Assembly (NCBI GenBank): GCA_003599335.1
Contig: QZJN01000003.1
Location: 4,654 to 68,653, forward strand
DNA length: 64,000 nt
DNA from: Candidatus Parcubacteria bacterium
Lineage (GTDB): Bacteria; Patescibacteriota; Minisyncoccia; SURF-38
Reading direction: 5' to 3'
The notes under the pieces were generated by a model that worked only from the letters and a program-made list of their open reading frames with translations, did not search any database and had not been told where the DNA came from. Shown here one piece after another: positions 51,363 to 61,830 of this stretch. The translations under genes were made by a program, and so were the position numbers. Position 1 is the stretch's first letter. The number at the start of each line of letters is the position of its first letter.

Positions 51363-52262
51363 ATGGATGAATTTGTCAGTTCCTCGGCAGCTCCAGAGGA
51401 GCACAGACACGATCAGGCTCGTGAAAGAAAGGCGATGCTCAAACAAGAGTATATTTTTTATATTGAGACAAATAAAATAAAGCCAAATCCAGAGCAGCCA
51501 AGGCAGGAATTTGATCAGGAGGCCCTTGAAGGTTTGGCAGTTTCAATAGAAGAACATGGTCTTTTGCAACCCATAGTTGTGTATCGGGTGGAAAAGCCAA
51601 CCGAAGCCGGTCAGGATGTTGAGTACTATCTGATTGCCGGGGAGCGTCGTTTGAGAGCGGCGCAAATGGTTAGGCTGCCTCACGTGCCAGCGATCATTAA
51701 AGAAAAACCTTCGCAACAAACAAGTCTTGAACTGGCTTTGGTTGAAAATATTCAACGGACTAATTTAAATCCAATTGAGACGGCCAGGGCCTATGAGAGG
51801 CTTGTGAAAAATTTTGGCCTGACTCAGCGTGCCGTTGCCGAGAAGCTTGGCAAAAGCCAAGAGTCTGTTTCCAACACCCTAAGGCTTTTAACCTTGCCCG
51901 AACAGATTCAGGAAGCAATTTCCAAAGGAGAAATTTCCGAAGGTCATGCGAGAGCCATGTTGGCTTTGGGTATGGCTGAACGGCAAATTAAACTTTTTGA
52001 AGAAATTTTAGCCAATCATTTGTCGGTTAGGGAAGCCGAAGAAAGAGTAAGACAAATTAAAGCCCAGAGCCTTCGTTCTCCAAAAAGCCTTGTTGGTTTG
52101 AACCCTCACTTCCGGGATTTGATTGAAAGATTGGAAGAGGTTCTCGGCACCAAAGTGACCTTAAGTCCCAAGGGTGAAGGGGGAAAGCTGACTATAGATT
52201 TTTTTTCTACAGAAGAATTAGACGGTATTCTCAAAAAATTTGTAAATAGAGAAGATATCTGA
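51363..52262 (+). CDS. parB: ParB/Spo0J-family chromosome partitioning protein
   Basis: ParB-box LIAGERRLRAAQM (GERRxRA) and an HTH region. TGA stop. Confidence 0.8.
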   Translation: MDEFVSSSAAPEEHRHDQARERKAMLKQEYIFYIETNKIKPNPEQPRQEFDQEALEGLAVSIEEHGLLQPIVVYRVEKPTEAGQDVEYYLIAGERRLRAAQMVRLPHVPAIIKEKPSQQTSLELALVENIQRTNLNPIETARAYERLVKNFGLTQRAVAEKLGKSQESVSNTLRLLTLPEQIQEAISKGEISEGHARAMLALGMAERQIKLFEEILANHLSVREAEERVRQIKAQSLRSPKSLVGLNPHFRDLIERLEEVLGTKVTLSPKGEGGKLTIDFFSTEELDGILKKFVNREDI

Positions 52263-53951
52263 TTAATCCAGAGGCAGGCTTGTTATTTCAACAACCCCTT
52301 TTGTTTTTTTGAGCTGAGATGTAATTGATTTGAGCGATTGTTTGTTTTGTGTAAAGAAATCAATAAGGATGAAAATATCTTCTTTTGTGCGCTGGGTATT
52401 CAAAGAATCTATATTGGTTTTATTTCGGGAAAATATGTTGCCGATATCTTTTACCATGCCGGTTCTGTCCGAAACCTTGAGTTTTAACTGAAACTTTTTT
52501 GAAGCGTTTGGTTTTGGAGATTTGGCAAGACCCAAAGCTTGTTTTATGCGCCTTTTAGCTTCGGAGGTTTTGACGAATTTAAGCCAGTCGCGAGAAGGCT
52601 TTTTGTTTTTTTGAATAAGAATATCAACAACATCTCCGTTCTGAAGTTGTTCGTTTAAAGCAACCAGCTTATCGTTGATTTTTGCTCCAACACACTGATC
52701 GCCAAGCTCGGAATGAATTCTGTAGGCAAAATCAACCGTAGTGGCTCCTTCGGGCAGGTCTATGACATCTCCTTTTGGCGTAAATACAAAGATTCTGTCT
52801 TTAAAAAAATCAATCCTTAAACTTTCGAGAAATGCTCTTGATCCATGGTTTTCTTTTTGCCAATCTCGTAATTGTTCAACCCAAGCGAGTTTTTTGAAGT
52901 GGGGAGATTTTGGTAAGTCTTTTTTCCCAGCTTCGTCTCTGGCCCAGTGAGCTGCGACTCCTGTTTCGCTTTCTTTATGCATCTGGATTGTTCTTATCTG
53001 AAATTCTGTGATTATTCCGTCGATACAGAAAACTGTCGTATGAAGACTTTGATAACCATTGGGTTTTGGTGTGGCTATAAAATCTTTTATGCGTCCGGGC
53101 AGCGGTTTCCAGAGTTTGTGTATTACTCCAAGCGCCCCGTAGCAGTCGGTAACAGCCGGGACTATTATTCTAAAAGCAACCAAATCATAAATTTTTGAGA
53201 AATCCATATCGTATTTTTGGAGTTTTTTGTAAAGACTCCAGTGGTGTTTGGCTCTAAAATCGAGCTGCAAGATATTTATGTTTTCTTTTTTAAGTTCTTT
53301 GGCCAAAATTGGTTCTACTTTTTTCAAATATTCAATTCTATCTTCGTACTTATGGCCTATTTGTTTGAGGAGCCATTTATACTCGTTTGGATGTAAAACC
53401 GGGAAACACAGATCTTCAAGTTCGCTTTTTATGTTCCCCATGCCGAGGCGACTCGCAAGAGGAGTGTAGATTTCCATTGTTTTTTGGCATATACGGCGCT
53501 GATCTGCTGGTTTGTGGTATTTGATTGTGCGTATGTTATGAAGTCTGTCAGCTATTTTTATAAGCACAACCCTAATATCTTCGGCCATTGCCAAAAGCAG
53601 TTTTCTAAAATTTTCAATATTGCTTTTCCCTGCTTGATAAGGCAGTTTCGATATTTTAGTTGCACCTTTTACTAAAAAGACAATTTCTTCGCCAAATTCT
53701 TTCTGCAAGTCAGCCTCTTTGACTTGAGTGTCTTCCAAAACATCATGCAGTAAAGCCGCAGCTATGGTTGTTGAATCCAGTTTCAATTGAGCGAGAATTT
53801 TAGCGACTTCAACGAGATGAGTAATATATGGCTCTCCGGAAAGTCTTTTTTGATCTTCGTGAGCTTTACTGGCAAGTTCAAAAGCTTGTCGTATAAGCTT
53901 TACGTCTTTTTCCAAAAGATAAGATATTTCTTTTGATAAAACTTCCCACAT
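52263..53951 (-). CDS. rel: Bifunctional (p)ppGpp synthetase/hydrolase (RelA/SpoT family), compact 562-aa form
   Basis: N-terminal HD hydrolase domain (HDVLEDT), RelA_SpoT synthetase domain, TGS and a C-terminal ACT-like region. Confidence 0.85.
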   Translation of the reverse strand: MWEVLSKEISYLLEKDVKLIRQAFELASKAHEDQKRLSGEPYITHLVEVAKILAQLKLDSTTIAAALLHDVLEDTQVKEADLQKEFGEEIVFLVKGATKISKLPYQAGKSNIENFRKLLLAMAEDIRVVLIKIADRLHNIRTIKYHKPADQRRICQKTMEIYTPLASRLGMGNIKSELEDLCFPVLHPNEYKWLLKQIGHKYEDRIEYLKKVEPILAKELKKENINILQLDFRAKHHWSLYKKLQKYDMDFSKIYDLVAFRIIVPAVTDCYGALGVIHKLWKPLPGRIKDFIATPKPNGYQSLHTTVFCIDGIITEFQIRTIQMHKESETGVAAHWARDEAGKKDLPKSPHFKKLAWVEQLRDWQKENHGSRAFLESLRIDFFKDRIFVFTPKGDVIDLPEGATTVDFAYRIHSELGDQCVGAKINDKLVALNEQLQNGDVVDILIQKNKKPSRDWLKFVKTSEAKRRIKQALGLAKSPKPNASKKFQLKLKVSDRTGMVKDIGNIFSRNKTNIDSLNTQRTKEDIFILIDFFTQNKQSLKSITSQLKKTKGVVEITSLPLD

Positions 53952-53998
53952 GGTATTGGGAAGTAGTTTACTATAGGGTTGAGATTCAGTGCAATAAT

Positions 53999-56092
53999 TT
54001 ATTCCTCGGGTTCTTTAACCCAGGAACATTTTGAGCATTTCACCTGTCCTTTTGGCGTTTCTACAACAGCTTCGTTGCAAGCCGGACATTTTTGACCGTT
54101 GGGTTTTTGCCATGTCGCAAAATCGCATTTTGGGTAATTTGAGCAGCCATAAAATAGTTTTCCGCGTTTTGTTTTGCGCTCAATAACTTCTCCTTCAGAA
54201 CATTTTGGGCATTTTATATTCAGACTCTTGCGAAGACTTTTTGTGTTTTTGCATTCCGGATACCCAGAGCAAGCCAAAAATTTTCCAAAACGCCCAAGTT
54301 TAAATACCATTGGTTTTCCGCATTTTTCGCAAACTTCTTCGGAAGCCTGAGTTATCAACTCTCTTTTTGAAATCTGACTTTCTTTTGTTTGGATTGCTTC
54401 ATGAAACGACGGATAAAATTCTTGCAGGGGTTTTGTCCATTGGAGTTGACCCTGGGCTATTTTGTCTAATTCGTCCTCCATGCGTGCCGTAAAGTTAGTA
54501 TCTACTATTGTCGGGAAATGTTCGGTGAGAAGATCTGTAACCAAAAAACCAACATCCGTGGGGGATAATCTTTTGTTCTGATCTTTTTCAACATAGCCCC
54601 GGTATTGAATTGTTGAGATTGTTGGTGCGTAAGTTGAAGGGCGGCCTATGCCTAATTTTTCAAGCATTTTTACCAAAGTCCCTTCGGAGTAGCGGGCTGG
54701 CGGCTGGGTGAAGTGTTGTTCGGGTTCAAGCTTGATAAGATTGAGTTTTTGATTTTCTTCGAGCGGCGGGATTATTTCTCCAACGAGTCTTTGAGGGTAT
54801 AGCTTCAAGAAACCATCAAAGGTTATCCTTGAACCGTTTGCCCGAAAAACATATTTTCTTTTTGCTCCCATTCCTTCAATGTCAACGCTTGTTTGTAATA
54901 TATTTGCTTCTTTCATTTGAGAAGCTGTGGCGCGGCGCCAGATGAGATCATATAACTTGTATTGCCTTGAATCGAGAAACTTTTTGATTTTTTGGGGCTC
55001 GTGAGCCACGTTTGTTGGGCGTATGGCTTCGTGAGCTTCTTGGGCCGATTTTGAACTGGTTTTAAAAACTTTTTGCCCCGTATGATAATTTTCTCCGTAC
55101 TCTTCTTTGATGAATTTTTCTGCACTGCCAAGAAATTCCCTCGATAAATTAAGCGAGTCGGTTCGCATATAGGTTATCAAGCCTTCGGGGCCTTCTGTCC
55201 CAAGATCAATTCCTTCATAAAGCTGTTGGGCAAGTTTCATCGTCTGAGCGGCTGAAAATTTTAATTTGCTTGCAGCTTCAGCCACCATCGAGCTTGTGGT
55301 AAAAGGAGGCAGAGGAGAGCGTTTTGTTTCCTGCTTTTTTATTTTTGAGATTGTGAATGTTCCTTTTTCAAGATCAGAAATTATGGCATCAACATCTTTT
55401 TTAGAGGCAATGCCGGGTTCTGGGATTGCCTCGCCGTCTACCTTTAAAAGAAAAGCCTTGAATTCATCTTCTTTTTTCTTGGATGAGCTTTGATTAAATA
55501 AGCCTTCAAGGGTCCAGTATTCTTGAGCTTTGAAAGCTTGTCTTTCTCTCTCTCTTTCAACTATTAATCGCAGAGCAACCGATTGTACTCTTCCTGCGGA
55601 AAGTCCTCTGTAAATCTTTTTCCATAAAAGAGGTGAAAGTTCGTATCCGACAAGCCGGTCAAGAATTCTGCGAGCCTGTTGGGCATTAACGAGGTTCTCG
55701 TCTATTGAGCGGGGATTTTTGAGAGCTTCTTCTATGGCGTTTTTTGTTATTTCGTGAAAAACAATTCTTTTGGCTTTTTTCGGATCAAGCTCAAGCGCCG
55801 TCATCAAATGCCAGGAGATCGATTCTCCTTCTCTGTCTTCGTCAGTTGCGAGGATTACTTCACTAGATTTTTTGGATAATTTTTTAAGCTCGCTAACTCT
55901 TTTTTTGGCTTTTGGTATATCGACGTATGTCGGTTCAAAATTATTTTGGACATCTACGCCTATTTTTGATTTTGGAAGGTCTCTGACGTGTCCAAAAGAC
56001 GATTCGACTCGGTAGTTGTTACCGAGGAATTTTGAAATCGTTTTTGCCTTTGTCGGCGATTCTACAATTACAAGTTTATCTTTTGCCGCCAT
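53999..56092 (-). CDS. topA: DNA topoisomerase I
   Basis: TOPRIM N-terminus MAAKDKLVIVESPTKAKTISKFLG, catalytic Tyr region and C-terminal Cys4 zinc ribbons. Confidence 0.9.
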   Translation of the reverse strand: MAAKDKLVIVESPTKAKTISKFLGNNYRVESSFGHVRDLPKSKIGVDVQNNFEPTYVDIPKAKKRVSELKKLSKKSSEVILATDEDREGESISWHLMTALELDPKKAKRIVFHEITKNAIEEALKNPRSIDENLVNAQQARRILDRLVGYELSPLLWKKIYRGLSAGRVQSVALRLIVERERERQAFKAQEYWTLEGLFNQSSSKKKEDEFKAFLLKVDGEAIPEPGIASKKDVDAIISDLEKGTFTISKIKKQETKRSPLPPFTTSSMVAEAASKLKFSAAQTMKLAQQLYEGIDLGTEGPEGLITYMRTDSLNLSREFLGSAEKFIKEEYGENYHTGQKVFKTSSKSAQEAHEAIRPTNVAHEPQKIKKFLDSRQYKLYDLIWRRATASQMKEANILQTSVDIEGMGAKRKYVFRANGSRITFDGFLKLYPQRLVGEIIPPLEENQKLNLIKLEPEQHFTQPPARYSEGTLVKMLEKLGIGRPSTYAPTISTIQYRGYVEKDQNKRLSPTDVGFLVTDLLTEHFPTIVDTNFTARMEDELDKIAQGQLQWTKPLQEFYPSFHEAIQTKESQISKRELITQASEEVCEKCGKPMVFKLGRFGKFLACSGYPECKNTKSLRKSLNIKCPKCSEGEVIERKTKRGKLFYGCSNYPKCDFATWQKPNGQKCPACNEAVVETPKGQVKCSKCSWVKEPEE

Positions 56093-56108
56093 CTATTTTT
56101 ATATAAAA

Positions 56109-56987
56109 TTAATTTTTGATACTTAATCTATACAAGCCCTTATTATTCACAATTACGCCTTTAATTTCAAGTGCCGATAAGATTGCGAGCAAATTTGCTA
56201 TAGGCTGGTTGAGTTTTTCGGCTAAGTCTTGAGCACCTAGATTTTCTTGTTTCAGAATTTCTGTTATAATTTTTTCTTCGTGTGAAAGCTCGTATAAATC
56301 TTTATTTTTATGTTCAAACCTTGTTTTGAACTGCGGAAATTCCTCCAGGATATCTTCTGTCTTTGAAACAAGCTTTGCCCCTTGTTGGATTAGTTTATTT
56401 GGTCCTTGGGAATTTAAATTATAGATTGGTCCTGGAATTGCAAAGACATCGCGATTTTGGTTTAAGGCATGTTCGGCTGTAAGCAAAGCCCCGCTTTTTT
56501 CTTTAGCTTCAATCACAAGAACTCCCAAAGATAATCCGCTGACAATCCGATTGCGGAGGGGAAAATGATGAGGCATTGCCGGGACGCCTTCTTCGTGCTC
56601 GCTCAAAACAGCCCCGCCATTTTCTACTATCTGTTTGGCTAATTTATAATTTTCGCTAGGATAGAAGCTTTTTTCGTCCATCCCCGAGCCGATAACGCCA
56701 ATGGTTTTCCCTTTTACAAAAAGAGCTCCTTTATGGGCCTGTTCGTCTATTCCGCGGGCCATTCCGGAAACTATTACTAAGCCAGTCTGAGCAAGGTCTG
56801 CAGCAAATTTATAAGCCGCTTCTTTGCCATATTCAGATGCTCGGCGCGTACCGACAATGGCAATCGAGGGTTTGGTTAAAATGTCGGCATTTCCCCAAAG
56901 AAAAAAATGTTTAGGGGCATTATGTATTTCTTTGAGCTGGGATGGATATGATGGGTCGTTGAGGTGGATTTTTTTAAAATCAGACAT
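56109..56987 (-). CDS. dprA: DNA processing protein DprA (Smf)
   Basis: Rossmann-like DprA core (IAIVGTRRASEYGKEAAYKFAADLAQTGLVIVSGMARGID) and a C-terminal winged-helix. Confidence 0.85.
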   Translation of the reverse strand: MSDFKKIHLNDPSYPSQLKEIHNAPKHFFLWGNADILTKPSIAIVGTRRASEYGKEAAYKFAADLAQTGLVIVSGMARGIDEQAHKGALFVKGKTIGVIGSGMDEKSFYPSENYKLAKQIVENGGAVLSEHEEGVPAMPHHFPLRNRIVSGLSLGVLVIEAKEKSGALLTAEHALNQNRDVFAIPGPIYNLNSQGPNKLIQQGAKLVSKTEDILEEFPQFKTRFEHKNKDLYELSHEEKIITEILKQENLGAQDLAEKLNQPIANLLAILSALEIKGVIVNNKGLYRLSIKN

Positions 56988-57063
56988 TGATACCTATATA
57001 TATGAGTCGAAACCTTTTTGTCCAGCACATTGTTGGGGATAAGAGGATTTTGTACAGGGGTTG

Positions 57064-59046
57064 TTATAGGTCGGGTGGCGTTATTTTTCCTTGAGAAATT
57101 TCTTCGATTGTATGCGCAAGCATTTGATAGTAAAGATTTAATCCGACCCCATTAATGGTTCCGGATTGTTCGCGTCCCAAAAGATTTCCGGCTCCTCGGA
57201 TCTCAAGATCTTTTTTTGCTATTTGATATCCCGCACCAAGATATTGGTAGTCTCTTAGAGCATCAAGGCGTTCCTTGGCTTTTGGTGCCATTTTTTCTGG
57301 ATGGAAAAAATAAGCGTAGGCTTGAATGTTGGTTCGTCCTATGCGCCCCCTCAACTGATGGGCTTGGCCAAGTCCAAGGCGAGTTGCGTCGTCAACTATC
57401 AGGGTGTTTACGCTTGATAAATCAAGTCCGTTTTCAATTATTGTTGTTGCAAGTAAAAGATCAATTTTTTTATTTCTGAAGCTATGCATTATTTCTCTCA
57501 GTTGTTTTTCCGGCAATCTCCCATGGATGGTGCCTATTTTTAGAGAAGGAGTAAGTTTTTGTATAAATCTTTCTACGTTGGAGATTGTCTCGATTCTGTT
57601 GTGCAGCCAGTAAATTTGGCCGTGGCGGGAAATTTCCAGTTCAATAGCTTTCTTTGCGACGTTCTTGTCAAACTTTTCTATTTTTGTTTCTATGGCTTTT
57701 CTGTTTATTGGAGGAGTTTCAATTAAACTTACGCTTTTAAGCCCGCTGAGAATCATGGAAAGTGTTCTTGGGATCGGGGTTGCCGAAAGGCTTAAAACAT
57801 CAACAGAGGATTTTATTTGTTTTAATTTTTCTTTTTGTTTGACTCCGAAACGTTGCTCTTCGTCAATAATTAAAAGACCAAGATTTTTAAAACCAACGTC
57901 TTTCGATAAAAGTCGATGTGTTCCTATTACTATATCAACCCCTCCGTTTTTCATCTTTTGAGAAATCAATTTTTGATGGGATTTTTTTTCAAGTCTTGAA
58001 ATTAAACCGATGTTTACGGGAACATTTTTCATTCTTGAAGATAGGGTTGAAAAATGTTGGTCGGCCAAAATCGTTGTTGGAGCCAAAATTGCAACCTGTT
58101 TATTTTCGCTGACAATCAATGCAGCTGCGCGTAGGGCAACTTCTGTTTTGCCAAAACCAACGTCGCCACAAACAAGTCTGTCCATGGGTTTGTTTTGAGA
58201 GAGGTCTTTTTTTATATCTTCGATTGCCTGGAGTTGATCTTTTGTTTCCTCAAATTTAAAAGTGCTGATTAATTCTTTTTCTACATCTTCATTTATTGTA
58301 TGAGCCGGTCTTGTTGTTAGTTCTCTTCTTGCATAAAGCTCAAGAAGTTCTTTTGCCAACTTAAGAACGTCTTCTTTTGCCTTGCGCTTGGTGTTTTCCC
58401 AAAGCGCAGAACCAAGTCGATGAAGTGTTGGGGAGGTAAAACCAATATAATGAGCAATCTTTTTTATTTGTCTTGTCGGAACGAGCAATCTGTCTGGAGT
58501 TGCTCCTGTGCGTGGGGGAGCGTATTCGATTGACAGATATTGCTGTTCTTTTACCTTTACTAATCCTCTGTATATGCCGATGCCATGATCTGTGTGAACC
58601 AAGTAATCGCCAGGTTTACTGGAAATTAAAAGATTTTTTTCTTTGGTCAGGCGTCTTTTGATGAAGGCAGATCTTTCTTTTTCGTTTACGGGGGATTTTA
58701 GCGGTAAGATTTGTTCTATGATATTTCCAAAAAAATCTATCTTAAAAGGTAAGGTTTTGTTTAGAGGGTAGATTTCGACCAAACTTCCCTTTTGTGAGTA
58801 CTGCCCCGGGTTTTTGGTTTCATATGCTCTTTCATAACCAAGCTCGTCAAGGATTCTAAGAAGTTCCGAGGGCGATATTTTTTGCTGTGTTTTTATTAAG
58901 AAGGCGTTATTTTTCCAGAAACCATCTTCCTGCAAGGCTCTTTTTATGGAATTTGAGTTTGTTTCAAACCAAAAAACATCCCTTTCTAATAATGAGGGGT
59001 CTAGACCAATGATTAGGAGTTCTTTTAGCGTTTCGGTTAGGGGCAT
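57064..59046 (-). CDS. mfd: Transcription-repair coupling factor (Mfd)-like SF2 helicase, short form lacking the N-terminal UvrB-homology domains
   Basis: CarD/RNAP-interacting-like domain (KPGDYLVHTDHGIGIY), Walker A GDVGFGKTEV, DEEQRF (DExx box) and the TRG motif LRGRIGRTNIQAYAYF. Only 660 aa versus about 1150 typical. Confidence 0.75.
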   Translation of the reverse strand: MPLTETLKELLIIGLDPSLLERDVFWFETNSNSIKRALQEDGFWKNNAFLIKTQQKISPSELLRILDELGYERAYETKNPGQYSQKGSLVEIYPLNKTLPFKIDFFGNIIEQILPLKSPVNEKERSAFIKRRLTKEKNLLISSKPGDYLVHTDHGIGIYRGLVKVKEQQYLSIEYAPPRTGATPDRLLVPTRQIKKIAHYIGFTSPTLHRLGSALWENTKRKAKEDVLKLAKELLELYARRELTTRPAHTINEDVEKELISTFKFEETKDQLQAIEDIKKDLSQNKPMDRLVCGDVGFGKTEVALRAAALIVSENKQVAILAPTTILADQHFSTLSSRMKNVPVNIGLISRLEKKSHQKLISQKMKNGGVDIVIGTHRLLSKDVGFKNLGLLIIDEEQRFGVKQKEKLKQIKSSVDVLSLSATPIPRTLSMILSGLKSVSLIETPPINRKAIETKIEKFDKNVAKKAIELEISRHGQIYWLHNRIETISNVERFIQKLTPSLKIGTIHGRLPEKQLREIMHSFRNKKIDLLLATTIIENGLDLSSVNTLIVDDATRLGLGQAHQLRGRIGRTNIQAYAYFFHPEKMAPKAKERLDALRDYQYLGAGYQIAKKDLEIRGAGNLLGREQSGTINGVGLNLYYQMLAHTIEEISQGKITPPDL

Positions 59047-59137
59047 GGGTGGTCGGGTTTTGGACTTGACAATTTATATTTATCTGCTATAATATAAGTA
59101 TTGTAAATTACATATTTTTTGTGTTGTTTATAATAAT

Positions 59138-59246
59138 CTATTCGTGAGTAGCTTTCTCTGCAAGGAATCCCTCCTTTACTTTGCAAAGAGGCCTAAGTTT
59201 TGGGATTAGCTCCTTGTGGGCATTTGTTCCAAAGACTCACGAATAG
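59138..59246. repeat. 109-nt element with perfect 12-bp terminal inverted repeats (CTATTCGTGAGT / ACTCACGAATAG) and internal imperfect stems; candidate small structured RNA or MITE-like element
   Basis: Terminal IR and internal complementary blocks (CTCTGCAA..TTGCAAAGAG; GGAATCCC..GGGATTAG). Located between the pth 3' end and the mfd 5' end. Confidence 0.35.
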
Positions 59247-59292
59247 GTTAATGTAAACAATCCCGGCTAAAACCGCATAGAAATATGCGGCT

Positions 59293-59820
59293 TTAATTTA
59301 CTTTTAAAGTTTTATCGAGTTCTTCGATTATTTTTTCAAAAGTTTCTTTAAGAAGATTTTTTTCTTGCATATTAAATTTTTCCAAAACAAAAGATTCTGT
59401 TGAGGAAGGCTTGCCGTAAGAAGGCTGTATTCCTATACGCACACGATGGAAACTTTTTGATTTAATTGAGTTGATTATTGACTGAACGCCTTTATGACCG
59501 GCCGAGCCTCTGCCAATGATAATTTTGAAAGTCCCTATTTTAAGATCAACATCGTCATGAAAAACCCAAAGGCTTTGAGCCGGTATCTTAAAATGTTTTT
59601 TAAGCGCCAAAATTGCCTTGCCAGATTCGTTCATAAAAGTTTTAGGTTTGGCTATTACAATATTCTCGTAGCGGGCTATATCGGAAAAAAGATGAGATTC
59701 ATTTTTAAGATCGGAGATGCCAAGATGTTCTTTAATTTCGTCCAAACAAACCTGACCGACATTGTGGCGGGTCGCACGATAGTTTCTGCCAGGATTACCA
59801 AGTCCTACTAGTACATACAT
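59293..59820 (-). CDS. pth: Peptidyl-tRNA hydrolase
   Basis: MYVLVGLGNPGRNYRATRHNVGQ canonical Pth N-terminus. Start placed at MYVL. Confidence 0.85.
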   Translation of the reverse strand: MYVLVGLGNPGRNYRATRHNVGQVCLDEIKEHLGISDLKNESHLFSDIARYENIVIAKPKTFMNESGKAILALKKHFKIPAQSLWVFHDDVDLKIGTFKIIIGRGSAGHKGVQSIINSIKSKSFHRVRIGIQPSYGKPSSTESFVLEKFNMQEKNLLKETFEKIIEELDKTLKVN

Positions 59821-59905
59821 AAGTTCCGGTTTATTGATTAATATTGTCAAAACTGTTAAAGTATAATAGCCTCTTTCATTTTATCAATTTTAGCTTTCTT
59901 TAGGA

Positions 59906-60463
59906 ATGCTTACTCCTTGGGAGAAGTTTATGGGCGCTTTTTGGGAGACGATCAAGATTGTGGTCGTTGCTTTGATTATCATCATTCCTATGCGTGCTTA
60001 CGTTGTGCAGCCTTTTTTTGTAAGCGGCGCATCTATGGAACCAACTTTTAACAACGGCGATTATCTTATTGTTGATGAGATTTCTTATCGTTTTAGAGAG
60101 CCGTCCAGAGATGAGGTTGTTGTTTTCCGTTTTCCTCAAGACCCAGATCAGTTTTACATAAAAAGGATAATAGGTCTTCCTAATGAAATGGTGGAAATAC
60201 GTGATGGAGATGTATACATATATAATGAAGAGCATCCCGAAGGTTTTGTTGCCGACCAGAATTTCTTTCAGAAGGTCGGTTTTACATTCGGAAATCTAAA
60301 TGTAAAGCTTGGGAGCGAGGAATACTTTGTGCTTGGTGACAATCGCGGCGCGAGCTCCGATTCGAGAAGGTGGGGGCCGCTTAAAAGAGATCTTATTGTC
60401 GGGAGGGTCTGGCTTAGGGCCCTGCCCGTTTCAAAAGCAGAGGTGTTTTCGATTCCTCAATAG
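59906..60463 (+). CDS. lepB: Signal peptidase I (S26 family)
   Basis: Catalytic Ser block SGASMEPT, Lys block YIKRIIGLPNE and the GDNRGASSDSR box. Confidence 0.8.
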   Translation: MLTPWEKFMGAFWETIKIVVVALIIIIPMRAYVVQPFFVSGASMEPTFNNGDYLIVDEISYRFREPSRDEVVVFRFPQDPDQFYIKRIIGLPNEMVEIRDGDVYIYNEEHPEGFVADQNFFQKVGFTFGNLNVKLGSEEYFVLGDNRGASSDSRRWGPLKRDLIVGRVWLRALPVSKAEVFSIPQ

Positions 60464-60489
60464 AATTTATTTATAACAATTGATTTTTT

Positions 60490-61818
60490 ATGGACAAAAG
60501 CAAAATTATTCAAGCGCCAAAGGGGACATTTGATATTTTACCAACGGAACAAAAGTACTGGGAAAAAGTCCGGAGAGTTGTGGCCTTGGTTGGGGCACAG
60601 TACGGTTTCGAAAGAATTGATACTCCAATTTTTGAAGGGACAGATCTTTTTGAACGCAGCGTTGGTCAGGAAACCGATATTGTCGAAAAACAAATGTATA
60701 CTTTCAAAACAAAGGGAAAGGATTCTTTAACTTTAAGACCAGAAGGCACGGCCTCGGTTGTCAGGTCCTATATAGAAAATGGATTAAACTCATGGCCTCA
60801 ACCGGTAAGGCTTTATTACGTGGGGCCCATGTTTAGGTATGAGCAGCCTCAATCCGAAAGATATCGTCAGTTTCATCAATTCGGTTTCGAACTTATCGGA
60901 GACTCTCACCCCATTTATGATGCTTGGCTTATAAATATCGCCCTTGTCGCCTTGAGAGAGCTTGGTTTGCACAAAACAGTTGTCGCCATAAATAGCATAG
61001 GAGACGCCAAGTGTCGTCCGGTTTATAGAAAGGCTTTAGTGGCTTACTACAAAAATAAAGTCGGTCAGTTATGCGAAGATTGTAAACGAAGATACAAAAC
61101 CAATCCTTTAAGATTGCTTGATTGTAAAGAACATCATTGTTCGGAGGTGGCTGCCAAGGCTCCAAATCTGGTAGATCATTTGTGTGAAGAATGCAGAAAT
61201 CATTTTAAATCCGTGCTTGAATATCTCGATGAACAGAAAATATCTTATATGTTGAACCCGCATCTTGTGAGGGGTTTGGATTATTATACCAAGACTGTTT
61301 TTCAGCTTTATGCCGAGGAATCTTTAGAAATTCTTTCTGGTAATTCCAATTCTCATAAGAATCCTCTTGAGCTTGGAGGCGGCGGGCGTTATGACATGTT
61401 GGCTCAACAACTTGGAGGTAAAAATACTCCAGCCTTAGGCTTTGCGATGGGTATAGAGCGCATAATTTCTCTGATGCGTAAAAATAACATCAAGGTTTCC
61501 GAACTTAAAAAACCTGAGGTTTTTTTGGTTCAACTCGGAGAGTTGGGAAGGAAAAAAAGCCTTACTTTATTCGAGAAGTTAAGAGAAGGCGGGATTGATG
61601 TTGTTGAAAGTTTTGGCAGGGACAACATTAAAAGTCAGCTTAGGGCGGCTGACAAAATAAAAGTCAGATACGCCGTTATAGTCGGACAAAAAGAGGCTTT
61701 GGAAGAAGCCGCTATTATTCGCGAAATGACATCTGGCACTCAGGAAACAATTCCCTTCGATAAAATAGTCAACGAATTGAAAAAAAGATTGCGTCAGGCT
61801 CCGCCCGTTTCGTCATAA
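60490..61818 (+). CDS. hisS: Histidyl-tRNA synthetase
   Basis: Class II motifs (FRYEQPQSERYRQFHQFGFELIG; GGGRYD) and a C-terminal anticodon-binding domain. Confidence 0.9.
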   Translation: MDKSKIIQAPKGTFDILPTEQKYWEKVRRVVALVGAQYGFERIDTPIFEGTDLFERSVGQETDIVEKQMYTFKTKGKDSLTLRPEGTASVVRSYIENGLNSWPQPVRLYYVGPMFRYEQPQSERYRQFHQFGFELIGDSHPIYDAWLINIALVALRELGLHKTVVAINSIGDAKCRPVYRKALVAYYKNKVGQLCEDCKRRYKTNPLRLLDCKEHHCSEVAAKAPNLVDHLCEECRNHFKSVLEYLDEQKISYMLNPHLVRGLDYYTKTVFQLYAEESLEILSGNSNSHKNPLELGGGGRYDMLAQQLGGKNTPALGFAMGIERIISLMRKNNIKVSELKKPEVFLVQLGELGRKKSLTLFEKLREGGIDVVESFGRDNIKSQLRAADKIKVRYAVIVGQKEALEEAAIIREMTSGTQETIPFDKIVNELKKRLRQAPPVSS

Positions 61819-61830
61819 TCCGCCAATCTC

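Noticed and set aside
59138-59246. Considered as 4.5S/SRP RNA (long hairpin with paired ends)
   Set aside because: No GGAA-tetraloop or AGCAGCC domain-IV motif could be found on either strand. Kept only as an unclassified IR element.
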